NCBI GenBank assembly: GCA_964606285.1
Contig: CAZSFP010000001.1
Coordinates: 5,376 to 69,375, forward strand
DNA length: 64,000 bases
Direction: 5' to 3'
Source: an uncultured Candidatus Saccharibacteria bacterium
Lineage (GTDB): Bacteria > Patescibacteriota > Minisyncoccia > Phycocordibacterales > UBA9973
Notes under the pieces: model-generated
Told to the model about the DNA's origin: nothing
Seen by the model: the letters and a program-made list of their open reading frames with translations, nothing else
The model's database searches: none
Shown: positions 8,604-18,795 of the stretch, in pieces
Position numbering within the stretch: the first letter of the stretch is position 1
How the letters are laid out: each line of letters opens with the position of its first letter
Made by a program: the position numbers and the translations under genes

Positions 8604-9812
8604 ATGACATTTTTCAAGAAAAAAAGAATATATGCTGATTTTGCCGGCGCAACACCGGTTGATTCTTCGGTCATGAAAGTTTTTGTTCGAACACTCGCGT
8701 TGTATGCCAATCCGCACGGCCTCTCGCGTGACTCACTTGATGCTCGAGTAGTCCTTGAACAGAGTCGTGAGACGGTTGCCAAACACTTTGGTATGCGGCC
8801 ACAGGAAATCATTTTTACCAGCGGTGGCACTGAAGGGGACAATCTCGCTATCTTGGGTGTGGTCAATCATTTCCGACGGAATAATCCTGGAAAGATACCG
8901 CATATCATCACGAGTGTAATAGAACATAGTGCTGTTCGCGAAACATGTCGTACTTTATGTCGATACAAACTTATTACTCTCGATGAAATTCCTGTCGATA
9001 AACACGGTGTTATTGATCTATCGTTATTTAAAAAGGCGTGTACAAAAGAAACGGTTCTTGTCTCTATTCAATACGCCAACAGTGAGATCGGAACAATCCA
9101 GCCACTTGTTGAGATTGCAAAAGTTATCCGCCATGTAAGAAAAGAATCTGGAGCTGCGTATCCAATATTTCATACTGATGCCGCACAGGCGGTCGCGTAT
9201 TGTCCGATTCATATTCCAAAACTCGGCGTGGATCTTCTCTCATCAAACGGTGGCAAGATCTATGCACCGAAACAAACTGGTATTCTTGTTGTTAAGACTG
9301 GTACACCGATCGATCCCGTCATGTATGGTGGCAATCAAGAGTTTGGTCTTCGAGCAGGAACAGTATCTGTCGCGCATGCAGCGGCATATGCAGAAGCATT
9401 GACTATTGCCGTGTCACACAAAGACAAAGAATTTGCACGACTCTGCAATTTGCAATCATATCTTACAAACGCTCTTTCAAAAGTTTCAGGAATAACATTC
9501 AATAGTACAGCAGATGAACAATTGCCGACGATCGTCAATATTTCTGTTCATGGTGTACCGAGTGATCGACTCATGATCGAACTCGATGCACAGGGAATCA
9601 CTGTTTCAGAGAAAAGTGCATGTAAGAGTGATGACTCCGCACCGTCATATGTTATAACGGCACTTGGACATGATGGAACGGATGGTAGTCTACGGATCAG
9701 TATCGGTGTTCCGACGACAAAAAAGGATATTGATCGTATTATTTCATCACTCAGTTCGATCATTTCCCGTATTCGGCAAGAAAAAGAAAAATATGCTAAA
9801 ATAAGATTATAG
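8604..9812 (+). CDS. Cysteine desulfurase (IscS/NifS family)
   Basis: IIFTSGGTEGDN, EHSAV, NSEIGTIQP, FHTDAAQA, SAC catalytic Cys, SLRIS. Confidence 0.95.
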   Translation: MTFFKKKRIYADFAGATPVDSSVMKVFVRTLALYANPHGLSRDSLDARVVLEQSRETVAKHFGMRPQEIIFTSGGTEGDNLAILGVVNHFRRNNPGKIPHIITSVIEHSAVRETCRTLCRYKLITLDEIPVDKHGVIDLSLFKKACTKETVLVSIQYANSEIGTIQPLVEIAKVIRHVRKESGAAYPIFHTDAAQAVAYCPIHIPKLGVDLLSSNGGKIYAPKQTGILVVKTGTPIDPVMYGGNQEFGLRAGTVSVAHAAAYAEALTIAVSHKDKEFARLCNLQSYLTNALSKVSGITFNSTADEQLPTIVNISVHGVPSDRLMIELDAQGITVSEKSACKSDDSAPSYVITALGHDGTDGSLRISIGVPTTKKDIDRIISSLSSIISRIRQEKEKYAKIRL

Positions 9813-9926
9813 TGAGTAGGTTATAGGCTCCCGATTTCTTAGATTGTAATCAATCTGTGGAAATCGCAGTCCTGTTAAGGAGTATAGTCATTTTGATTTT
9901 TACATTTTAACTTTTAACTAATTATT

Positions 9927-12608
9927 ATGCCTCCATTCAATCATTTCACAACCAAAGCAAAAGACGCTATCCGTCGGGCACATGAACTCGCTATCGAGCG
10001 GGGACAGAACCATGTCGGATCGCTCCATCTTCTCACTGCACTTTTGCTCCAAGAAGAAAGTCTCGTTATATCCATCCTTGAACGTCTCGAAGTCGATACG
10101 ATTCTTTTAACTGATTCTTTGATCGAATCGATTGAAGCTCCAGAAGCTCGTCAAACATTGTCGCCATCGTATCAGATGTATCTCACGCCGGACCTCGCGC
10201 AGATCATCGAACATTCGAGCAAGGTTGCTCAACACATGAAAGACGAATTTGTTTCTGTTGAACATCTGTTTGTTGCGATGCTTGAAATCGCTGGTGAATC
10301 ACGAGAACTGCTCGCACGATTCCGTCTCAACCGTGATCAAGTTGTACATATCATCGAAGAATTCCGCAATCAGACGATCGTTGATACTGGTAATTCCAAA
10401 AAGACCCGCATGATCGGCAAATTTACACGTAATCTCACAGACATGGCGCGTGCTGACAAGCTCGATCCGGTCATCGGTCGTGATACTGAAATCATGCGAC
10501 TCATGCAGATTTTGTCTCGTCGTACAAAAAACAATCCGATTCTGATCGGTGAAGCGGGAACTGGAAAGACTGCTGTTGTCGAAGGACTTGCGATTCGTAT
10601 CGCGCGTGGTGATGTTTCTGAATCTCTCAAAGACAAAGAAATCGTCTCACTCGATTTGGGATCACTTCTCGCGGGAACAAAATACCGCGGTGAATTCGAA
10701 GAACGACTCAAGGGCATCATGAAAGAAATCGAAAAAGCAGAAGGAAAAATTATTCTTTTTGTTGACGAAATTCATACGATTGTCGGTGCCGGTGCTGCTG
10801 AGGGATCGATGGATGCATCAAACATGTTGAAGCCTGCACTTGCTCGCGGTGAACTTCGTGCGATCGGTGCAACAACACTCAAGGAATACCAAAAGCATAT
10901 TGAAAAAGACCCTGCACTTGCTCGTCGCTTTCAGCCAGTTTTTGTCGAAGAACCATCACAAGAAGACACGATCGCGATTCTCCGTGGTCTCAAAGAAAAG
11001 TATGAACTCTTTCATGGTGTTCGCATTACTGACGAAGCGATTCGTGCTGCAGTCAATTTTTCAACGCGCTATATTACGAACCGTTACTTGCCGGACAAGG
11101 CTGTTGACCTCATCGATGAAGCATCTTCATCTCTCCGTATGACACTTGAAAACAAACCAACGCTCCTCGAAGAAACGGATCGCAAAATCATGCGTTTTGA
11201 AATCGAACGGGAGGCATTGCGCAAGGAAATCGACCGAAGTAATCTTTCGTCCGAAGCGGCAGATGCCAAAGACCGCATGAAGCACATCGAAAAAGAAATG
11301 GCGGAACTTCGCGATACGACAAAAGAACTTCGCCTCAAGTGGCAAAATGAAAAAGACATTCTCACGGTCATAAAATCATGCAAAAAAGAATTGGAAACGC
11401 TTCGTCTCGAAGCTGAAAATGCAGAACAACGTGCTGATCTCGGCGTTGCCGCGGAGATTCGTTATGGCAAAATTCCGCTCAAGGAAAAAGAACTCGCAAC
11501 CGCATCTGAAAAATTGAAAAAACTCCAGAAATCTCGCCGTATTCTCAAGGAAGAAATTACCGAAGAAGATATCGCGTCTGTCGTGTCCCGATGGACCGGC
11601 ATTCCACTCAATACGATGCTTGAAGAAGAACGCACCAAACTCGCGCGTATGGAAGAAGAACTCCGTAAACGTGTTGTCGGTCAAGATGAGACATTGGTCA
11701 AAATCGCCGATGTTGTTCGCCGATCCCGCGCCGGAATATCTGATCCCAATCGTCCGATCGGTTCATTCATCTTCCTCGGTCCGACTGGTGTGGGTAAAAC
11801 AGAGTTGACCAAGGCGCTCGCACAATTCATGTTCAATGACGAGAAATCTCTTATCCGTGTCGATATGAGTGAATACATGGAAAAGCACTCTGTCTCGAAA
11901 CTTATCGGTTCTCCACCAGGCTATGTCGGTCATGATGAATCAGGACAGCTCACTGAAGCGATTCGTCACCGACCATACTCTGTCGTTCTCTTTGATGAGA
12001 TCGAAAAAGCACATCCGGAAGTATTCAACACACTACTCCAAGTCCTCGATGACGGTCGTCTCACAGACTCAAAAGGTCGTGTGGTGAATTTCAAAAATGC
12101 GATCATCATCATGACATCGAACATCGGTTCCGAACATATTCAGAAAATGGAAATGATGGGATTCTCGACAAATAATGATTCAGAAAATTATGTCCAGACA
12201 AAAGACAAAGTCATGGAACGATTGAAAGAACATTTCCGTCCAGAATTTATCAACCGTGTCGATGAGATCGTTATCTTTGATATTCTCTCTGCTCCAGTCA
12301 TCAAACAAATCGTCTCGCTCCGTGTCGATGCAGTTCGTGAACGTCTCATGAACAAAGGCATCACACTGTCAGTCGATGAAAATGCGCTTGAATATCTCGC
12401 CAAGGAAGGCTACAAGCCTGAGTATGGCGCACGGCCGCTCAATCGTCTCATTCAGAACAAGATCCTCAATCCTATTGCAACAGCCATCATCACGAACGAT
12501 CTCGGCGAAGGCGCAGTTGTAACCGTTCAAGGTAAAGGCGACACACTTCTCGTAGAAACGAAACAAAAAGGGAAGAAGGTGAAGAAGAAAGAAGAAGTGA
12601 AAGTATAA
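9927..12608 (+). CDS. clpB: ATP-dependent chaperone ClpB
   Basis: Two AAA+ modules ([16 protein letters not shown]), long M-domain (AAEIRYG), GARPL. Confidence 0.96.
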   Translation: MPPFNHFTTKAKDAIRRAHELAIERGQNHVGSLHLLTALLLQEESLVISILERLEVDTILLTDSLIESIEAPEARQTLSPSYQMYLTPDLAQIIEHSSKVAQHMKDEFVSVEHLFVAMLEIAGESRELLARFRLNRDQVVHIIEEFRNQTIVDTGNSKKTRMIGKFTRNLTDMARADKLDPVIGRDTEIMRLMQILSRRTKNNPILIGEAGTGKTAVVEGLAIRIARGDVSESLKDKEIVSLDLGSLLAGTKYRGEFEERLKGIMKEIEKAEGKIILFVDEIHTIVGAGAAEGSMDASNMLKPALARGELRAIGATTLKEYQKHIEKDPALARRFQPVFVEEPSQEDTIAILRGLKEKYELFHGVRITDEAIRAAVNFSTRYITNRYLPDKAVDLIDEASSSLRMTLENKPTLLEETDRKIMRFEIEREALRKEIDRSNLSSEAADAKDRMKHIEKEMAELRDTTKELRLKWQNEKDILTVIKSCKKELETLRLEAENAEQRADLGVAAEIRYGKIPLKEKELATASEKLKKLQKSRRILKEEITEEDIASVVSRWTGIPLNTMLEEERTKLARMEEELRKRVVGQDETLVKIADVVRRSRAGISDPNRPIGSFIFLGPTGVGKTELTKALAQFMFNDEKSLIRVDMSEYMEKHSVSKLIGSPPGYVGHDESGQLTEAIRHRPYSVVLFDEIEKAHPEVFNTLLQVLDDGRLTDSKGRVVNFKNAIIIMTSNIGSEHIQKMEMMGFSTNNDSENYVQTKDKVMERLKEHFRPEFINRVDEIVIFDILSAPVIKQIVSLRVDAVRERLMNKGITLSVDENALEYLAKEGYKPEYGARPLNRLIQNKILNPIATAIITNDLGEGAVVTVQGKGDTLLVETKQKGKKVKKKEEVKV

Positions 12609-12619
12609 TAAATATAAAT

Positions 12620-12649
12620 AAAAAATTCCCGAATATTCGGGAATTTTTT
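12620..12649 (+). terminator. Intrinsic terminator after clpB
   Basis: AAAAAATTCCCGAATATTCGGGAATTTTTT. Confidence 0.85.
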
Positions 12650-12705
12650 ATTATGTACAATTATAAATATATATGGTAATGTGACAAAAAATAAAAATAT
12701 AGAAA

Positions 12706-13332
12706 ATGATAGAAGATCAAAATTTCCCTAAATTACCAAAGCGATTTATTGAACATGATGTGATCACCAATATGAAGACTGGAGATATAGGTTATATTCA
12801 CAGAGGGTTTGCTTTTAAACTTGATGAAAATAGAAATCTCTGGGTTTCCAAAAACCAAGAATTTGACACTATTCCAGATTCTGATTCGGATAATGACGAT
12901 GATTCAGATAAATCAATGAGATTATTGAGATTAGATAAGAATGTCAAAATAGAAAAAACCGAATCTGGGTACAAATTGTATATATATGAATATTTTGAAT
13001 TTTTATGGGAAAAACGTTTCAACTGCTCTTCTTTATCAGATTGTAATTCCAGTATTAAAAAGAATTGTTCTTGCAAACAGGAAATCAGACAAAATCTTTT
13101 CAATAAGGAAGAAATGGATGATGAACAAAAAAAGAAATATGTTTGTATTACAGAATTTGATAAACCAGGAAAGAAAATCAATGACCCAATATTTCTCCAG
13201 AATTTGAATACTGAAACAGTTGCAGAATTAAAAACGGAAGAATTGGAGAAAATACTGAGAAATAGTTTAGATGATGAATTGTATGAAGTAGCAAATATAG
13301 TTCGAATCGAATTAGATAAAAGAAAAAATTAA
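12706..13332 (+). CDS. Hypothetical protein with Cys cluster and C-terminal UVR-like motif
   Basis: AT-rich 208-aa ORF; C-terminal LEKILRNSLDDELYEVANIVR resembles the UvrB/UvrC coiled-coil motif. Confidence 0.65.
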   Translation: MIEDQNFPKLPKRFIEHDVITNMKTGDIGYIHRGFAFKLDENRNLWVSKNQEFDTIPDSDSDNDDDSDKSMRLLRLDKNVKIEKTESGYKLYIYEYFEFLWEKRFNCSSLSDCNSSIKKNCSCKQEIRQNLFNKEEMDDEQKKKYVCITEFDKPGKKINDPIFLQNLNTETVAELKTEELEKILRNSLDDELYEVANIVRIELDKRKN

Positions 13333-13564
13333 ATTCATATATAATCAAAAATACCCACGTTTGTGGGTATTTTATTTGTGCGCCGGGAAGGAATTTCTCC
13401 CTCGACTCTCACTTCGCCGTCGCTCAGTTCGGTCTGGGCACCAGCTCGTCCGTTTTCAAAGCTTTGAAAACATGACTCCGCTGTTCGAATCCTTCATGCA
13501 ATACAAGCAGTTGTATTGCTCTGGCGCACAAAATAAAAAACCGCATAAAGCGGTTCTTATTTTG

Positions 13565-13647
13565 TGCGCCGGGAAGGATTCGAACCTTCGAAGCCCAAGG
13601 GCGGGAGATTTACAGTCTCCTGTGATAGACCACTCCACCACCGACGC
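13565..13647 (-). tRNA. tRNA-Tyr(GTA)
   Basis: Reverse strand GCGTCGG..GGAGA-CTGTAAA-TCTCC..GGTTCGAATCCTTC-CCGGCGC-A. Confidence 0.95.
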
Positions 13648-13732
13648 ATATCCTAACAAACTCTACAGTATCAGATTTTCTTCTGAGAAACAAGACATTG
13701 CAATGGAGATTTAAACAGAGTACTATTGAATC

Positions 13733-14056
13733 ATGACTATAAAAGAAATACCAGATTTTGGACGACCTGTTAGTCCTAGGAATCCACAAATGGAAGAATT
13801 TATAAAGGGTGTTTTTGAACGACATCCTGATGCAGTGCAAAAGAAAACTGAGTTACTTGCATTGCTCAATACCGATCCGTTTGATGATATAAAATTTAGA
13901 GATGAAATTCATACATGGGAAGAAAAAACTAAAGCTGAAAAAGGATACGAGGGACAATCCTCTCAAATTGAAAAAGTAAGGGGGAAGCATGGGAGATTGA
14001 AGATTTATCACTTTTTGGGGTCAGATTCTGTTATGTTTGGTTTTGACTTTTCCTAA
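13733..14056 (+). CDS. Hypothetical protein
   Basis: 107-aa ORF with upstream TTGCAA-17-TACTAT promoter. Confidence 0.7.
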   Translation: MTIKEIPDFGRPVSPRNPQMEEFIKGVFERHPDAVQKKTELLALLNTDPFDDIKFRDEIHTWEEKTKAEKGYEGQSSQIEKVRGKHGRLKIYHFLGSDSVMFGFDFS

Positions 14057-14127
14057 TCTCCTTATAAAAAGTAATTATACTTGTAGAACTTGCAAAAAAA
14101 TGGGTTTTCAGGTACTATCATCCCATC

Positions 14128-14283
14128 ATGTCAAAAGAGAAACTCATAAAACTCGTGAACAAAAAAACCGGTGCGACGTACTTTACGCGCAAGAACCGCA
14201 AGTCTGTTACTCGTAAAATGGAGTACAAGAAATTCGACAAAGTCCTCCGCAAGCGTGTCGTCTTCAAAGAACAGAAAGTCTAG
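14128..14283 (+). CDS. rpmG: 50S ribosomal protein L33 (Cys-free type; absent from the ORF track)
   Basis: Translates to MSKEKLIKLVNKKTGATYFTRKNRKSVTRKMEYKKFDKVLRKRVVFKEQKV. Confidence 0.93.
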   Translation: MSKEKLIKLVNKKTGATYFTRKNRKSVTRKMEYKKFDKVLRKRVVFKEQKV

Positions 14284-14465
14284 TCTAGAAAGAGGCTCCC
14301 GAGCTTCATTTCCACCAAATCTTTTGCTATACTTCGAGAACGAAAAAGATTTATTCTTTTTCGTTTGTTCTTTGTGAATCGGGACGATACATTCGTGTAT
14401 TCTCCCATGGGCTCGGGTGATTATTATTGTCCCCGAGTTACCGGTCCTGCACTTGTGTAGGACAG

Positions 14466-14536
14466 GGGCGATTAGTTTAGTGGTAGAACAGCGGTCTCCA
14501 AAACCGCTGGCGGGGGTTCGATTCCCTCATCGCCCG
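14466..14536 (+). tRNA. tRNA-Trp(CCA)
   Basis: GGGCGAT/ATCGCCC acceptor; GCGGT-CTCCAAA-ACCGC. Confidence 0.95.
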
Positions 14537-14593
14537 CACTGTTTTTTTTGTGTATATATCACACGAGGTTCGAATCCTCAGAGACTCACAATT

Positions 14594-15289
14594 ATGCAAT
14601 CCTCATCTACATTTTGGAATAAAGAATACAAGAAACCGAAACACTTGAAACTCTCAGACGAACCGAGTGCGGATTTGGTCATCTTTGAAGCGTGGATGGA
14701 AAAGACTATGGGTGAAGGAATTTTCAACCACCTAACACTCCTTGATGTTGGCTGTGGGAACGGACGCAACAGTCTTTATCTCGCGAACAAATATGGTATG
14801 AAAGGATATGGATTTGATATTTCAGGCGAAGCCATCATGCAGGCGAAAAAGCTCAATCCAAAGGGCAGTGGTATTATTTTTGCGATCGGTGACATTGCCG
14901 AACCATTGCCGATCAAAGACGGTTCGATCGGGCTGGTGCTCGATCTGATGACGTCACACTTTCTCGATGAATCTGGTCGTGAGCGCTACATGCAGGAACT
15001 TGTGCGTGTTCTCGAGCCGCGCGGTATGGTTCTCTGGAAAACATTTCTCAAAGACGAAGACATACATTCGACCGATCTTCTCAAACGGTATGGCACTAGT
15101 GAAAAGAATAGTTATATTCATCCAAAGATCGGTGTGCAGGAGCACGTCTTTACCGAGGACGAATTTCGCGATTATGTTGAACCGTATTTTACTGTTGAAG
15201 CGATCAAACGTTCCCATGGTCATCGCACTGATGATGGTCGCAAAGGCAAGCGCCGGTACCTCGTCGCCTATCTTTCAAAGAAAAATTAG
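14594..15289 (+). CDS. Class I SAM-dependent methyltransferase
   Basis: LLDVGCGNGRN, GFDIS, RVLEPRG; likely start MQSS. Confidence 0.9.
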   Translation: MQSSSTFWNKEYKKPKHLKLSDEPSADLVIFEAWMEKTMGEGIFNHLTLLDVGCGNGRNSLYLANKYGMKGYGFDISGEAIMQAKKLNPKGSGIIFAIGDIAEPLPIKDGSIGLVLDLMTSHFLDESGRERYMQELVRVLEPRGMVLWKTFLKDEDIHSTDLLKRYGTSEKNSYIHPKIGVQEHVFTEDEFRDYVEPYFTVEAIKRSHGHRTDDGRKGKRRYLVAYLSKKN

Positions 15290-15407
15290 TCTGTATATAT
15301 TAAAAAACATTATATTATTATACATAATGATATAATAAAAAATTTCATACAATATTTGCAAAATTTTGTAAATAAGCTAAAGTGAGGAAAACACAATATA
15401 TATAGCG

Positions 15408-16292
15408 ATGGATATGCCAGATATATCATTCCTTGAAAAATCACTAAGTAAAAAATTAATTAAAGATCTTTATTCATTTTTGATTGGAAAAGAAGGAATA
15501 GTAGGTGACTTATTTGAATTTGTAGACCATCTAAAAATGAGAGGTGAACATGATAGTCTCTTTTACAATATTGAAGAGAATGATCTCAAAGAGCCTCTCA
15601 TATTGAGCTATCTACTTCTCGATAGAGAATTTTTCTTCCACACCATTCTTTTTTGTTTGGAAACAAGAAATACAAATATTCAAAAAGCGTGCATGAGAGT
15701 GCTGACTTCTCAAGATTTTGCGGCTCTATGGGAAGAGAACTATCCAGAAGAATCTTTAGAAAAGAAAATCGCATCTTTACTTGTCTGTGAACATAAACAA
15801 GTTGCATTCATTAGTCTTCTTTTTCGTTATCAAAAAGATGTAGGAGAAGAATTTTTTCACGATATGTTTTATCTGCATCTTGATGACTGTTCTGAAGGAG
15901 TTTTTTGCAAAAAACTTGTCTATGCGAGCGTCATCCATTATCGGAACTGTAAAAAAGTAACGGATATATTTTGGAAAAAAGAAGAACGTGAAATAACTAC
16001 TATGTTTTTCTTTCTGAGTTCAATACCCACTTTTCATCAGATTGCGTATTTAAAATATTGGATGATTGAAGATCTCCCTCGTATATATCTCAAAGAGGAA
16101 TACGATGAACTCATCTCAGGAGTATATCATCGGATAAAAGACGATGTAGGTATATACTTTCATTTCAAACATATGCTTGAGTGGATGAATATTCTCATTG
16201 TCAAAGGGGGTTGGGATGAACCACTATTTAATCTTGCGTTATATCCTTTTATCAATCCTTTGCAACTCACTTTTTCTTTTGATGAAAAATAA
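15408..16292 (+). CDS. Hypothetical protein (AT-rich)
   Basis: 294-aa ORF with upstream promoter-like motif and downstream terminator; no recognised motif. Confidence 0.75.
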   Translation: MDMPDISFLEKSLSKKLIKDLYSFLIGKEGIVGDLFEFVDHLKMRGEHDSLFYNIEENDLKEPLILSYLLLDREFFFHTILFCLETRNTNIQKACMRVLTSQDFAALWEENYPEESLEKKIASLLVCEHKQVAFISLLFRYQKDVGEEFFHDMFYLHLDDCSEGVFCKKLVYASVIHYRNCKKVTDIFWKKEEREITTMFFFLSSIPTFHQIAYLKYWMIEDLPRIYLKEEYDELISGVYHRIKDDVGIYFHFKHMLEWMNILIVKGGWDEPLFNLALYPFINPLQLTFSFDEK

Positions 16293-16358
16293 ATACAAAA
16301 TCCCTTGCTTTGTAAGGGATTTTTTTGTTAATAATTCATTCTATAATTCTATAGAATA

Positions 16359-17273
16359 TTAGAATGAATTCTTGAGGAATTTCTTCACTTCCTGCAGAGA
16401 CTTTTTCACATCAGATTTTTTTCTCGGGTCAATCCAGACGATATCTGTGTTTCGTTTGAACCAGGTTTTCTGGCGTTTTGCATAGTGCCAGATAGCGGTT
16501 TCAAGCTGGGTGAGCATTTCTTCTTTTGAAAGTTTTCCTGTGAGATGATCCGCCATGAATCGATATTCGAGCCCAAGTTCACGCATTCGTTTCCATGATA
16601 ATCCTTTTGCGTGTAAATTTTTTGCTTCGTCGAGCATCCCATCTTTTATTCTTGAAAGCAGACGAGTATGAATTTTTTCTTTCAATATGTCATCAGGAAG
16701 TGCGAGGCCAACAGAGAGAACATCATAGATATTTTTTTTCTTGAAAACAGGAACTGATCCGAGTGCAGTTGCGATCTCGATCGCACGAATGAGTCGAACA
16801 GGATTATGTTGATCTATTGTTTCTGCACGAACAGGATCAAGTTTTTTTAATAAAACGAGTAATTGATCTTTTGTTTTTAATTCCAATTTTTTACGAAGCA
16901 CTTTATTTTCTGGAACTTCTGGGAGATGTATCGTACCGAGAAGCGTATCGATATAAAATCCCGTACCACCACAGATGATCGGTATATGTCCGCGATCTAT
17001 GATTTCCTGTATTTTTTTCTCTGCTTGTAATTTGAAATCACTGACCGAGAAAATTTTCTTGGGTGAAATGACATCGAGGAGATGATGGGGAATACTTTGC
17101 ATTTCTTTCTTTGTGATCTTACCACTCCCGATATCGAGTCCGATGTAGACTTGCCGGGAATCGGCAGAAATAATTTCGCCACTGATTTCCCTGGCGATCT
17201 GCACGGCAAAATCACTCTTGCCGGTGGCTGTCTGTCCGCATATGACGATGAGTTTCGGTTTTTTCACACTCAC
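16359..17273 (-). CDS. miaA: tRNA dimethylallyltransferase
   Basis: GQTATGKS, IISADSRQVY, PHHLLD, CGGTGFY, YAKRQKTWF. Confidence 0.98.
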   Translation of the reverse strand: MSVKKPKLIVICGQTATGKSDFAVQIAREISGEIISADSRQVYIGLDIGSGKITKKEMQSIPHHLLDVISPKKIFSVSDFKLQAEKKIQEIIDRGHIPIICGGTGFYIDTLLGTIHLPEVPENKVLRKKLELKTKDQLLVLLKKLDPVRAETIDQHNPVRLIRAIEIATALGSVPVFKKKNIYDVLSVGLALPDDILKEKIHTRLLSRIKDGMLDEAKNLHAKGLSWKRMRELGLEYRFMADHLTGKLSKEEMLTQLETAIWHYAKRQKTWFKRNTDIVWIDPRKKSDVKKSLQEVKKFLKNSF

Positions 17274-17353
17274 AGAGTAACAATTTCAGAGACAGAGAGA
17301 TACTTGACATATGCCGTATCATTTGCATAATAGAAGAAAAAAATAGTGAAATA

Positions 17354-17845
17354 ATGATCGAAGAAAAACCACCCATGTCTGCTCTTGAAAAATCAAAAGC
17401 AGTGTTCGCAGAAATCGAGAGCAATCCAGAAAAGAAGAAAAAATTTGAAGCAGAAATACATAAATTTGTAGAAAAATGTAGAAATAAAGAAAAATTAAGG
17501 AAAGAAAGAAGGGCAATATATTTTCAGAAATTCAATCAACTGTTTCGAACTGTCGGGGTGTTTGATCCAATACTTACAGTGTTGATAGAAAAATATCAAA
17601 ACAGAAGATCTTTGCTTGGTGATGAAAGAAAGCAGATTGAAGAAGAATTGGCTTGTATTGTCCAGTATGTGATGAAAAAGGGTATTCGTCTTTCGTATGA
17701 AATGGGAAAACGAGGAATCATGTCAAAGCCTATTTACCGTTCTTTTCGGTTTGAAGGATATATTTTTTACACTTCAAGAATAGAAAATCATCGTTCATAT
17801 ACGATACTAAAAGACGATGAATTTCAGGTTATGGGGGTCTGGTAA
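17354..17845 (+). CDS. Hypothetical protein
   Basis: 163-aa ORF, TTGACA promoter upstream, terminator at ~17856-17884. Confidence 0.7.
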   Translation: MIEEKPPMSALEKSKAVFAEIESNPEKKKKFEAEIHKFVEKCRNKEKLRKERRAIYFQKFNQLFRTVGVFDPILTVLIEKYQNRRSLLGDERKQIEEELACIVQYVMKKGIRLSYEMGKRGIMSKPIYRSFRFEGYIFYTSRIENHRSYTILKDDEFQVMGVW

Positions 17846-17883
17846 TTGTTTCCATAAAAATCCCGCAAATATGCGGGATTTTT

Positions 17884-18795
17884 TTATTTTTTATAATCTT
17901 TTTCCATAAAATCATACACAACCTTTGCAAATTTTTTTATTGGAAAATGATTTGATGGTGATATTGATTTTCGAACCGTAAGCAGTGCAATAACATATTT
18001 TGAATTTTTACCCGTAACAACTCCAGCATCATTGCTCCAGCGAATAACCGCCCATCCCTTTTTAAGGATATTTTTTATACCGGCGAAAAATCCATATTCC
18101 CAGAAATTCGTTCCGAGCCACCCTCCTTTTCGATAATATTGCTTGTATTCATCTATATATAATCCGCTTCTTCCTAATCTATTCCATAACAGCATATTTT
18201 CTTTTAGAGTTTTTGAAACAAATGGACTCACAAGTCTTTCTGTTTCAATCAAATAAAAGAATTCTGCAAGATGTCGGGCACAGGTCAGTGTTGTTGAGGA
18301 AAATTGATATGGTTTGTCTTCTTTTATACGATCAAGGAATTTTCTTGTAACTTCACTTCCGTGCCAATTGTATGTATGAATAATGTTTTTCGTAATATTT
18401 TCTCTTCCAACGAGATCTATCAGAGTATTTGATGCTGTGTTGTCACTCCGCATAAGCATCAATGCAAGTAAGTATTTGATAGTAACTTTTTGTCCTGCTT
18501 GAAGTAATGGACGCGTATCTCCTGGAAATATTTTTGCATCTTTGTCGACATCGTTCGGTGATTTTATTTGAACTGTTTGTTCAAATGAAAAATCTCCTAG
18601 TTCAACTTTCCTTAATGTCTCGGCTCCAATAAAGACTTTATATATAGATGCTGGATAAATAAAATGATCCATGTTACAGCCAAAAATCTCAGATTGATAT
18701 AGATCAATAATAGCCACACCTATTTCATCCTTAAGAAAATTATTTTCTTTAAGAAGTTTTGATAGTTTTTCAGTTTTAGTTTTATTTTCCTGCAT
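17884..18795 (-). CDS. Serine hydrolase, class A beta-lactamase-like fold
   Basis: SxxK (ASIYK), SDN (RSDNTASN), KGG at the KTG position, NDAGVV. Confidence 0.85.
   Translation of the reverse strand: MQENKTKTEKLSKLLKENNFLKDEIGVAIIDLYQSEIFGCNMDHFIYPASIYKVFIGAETLRKVELGDFSFEQTVQIKSPNDVDKDAKIFPGDTRPLLQAGQKVTIKYLLALMLMRSDNTASNTLIDLVGRENITKNIIHTYNWHGSEVTRKFLDRIKEDKPYQFSSTTLTCARHLAEFFYLIETERLVSPFVSKTLKENMLLWNRLGRSGLYIDEYKQYYRKGGWLGTNFWEYGFFAGIKNILKKGWAVIRWSNDAGVVTGKNSKYVIALLTVRKSISPSNHFPIKKFAKVVYDFMEKDYKK

Noticed and set aside
13361-13714. ORFs over the tRNA-Tyr locus (likewise 19448-19681, 32741-32938, 5882-6106)
   Set aside because: They are translations of tRNA genes and their repeats.
14171-14377. 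68-aa ORF in the track
   Set aside because: Out-of-frame shadow of rpmG (14128-14283).
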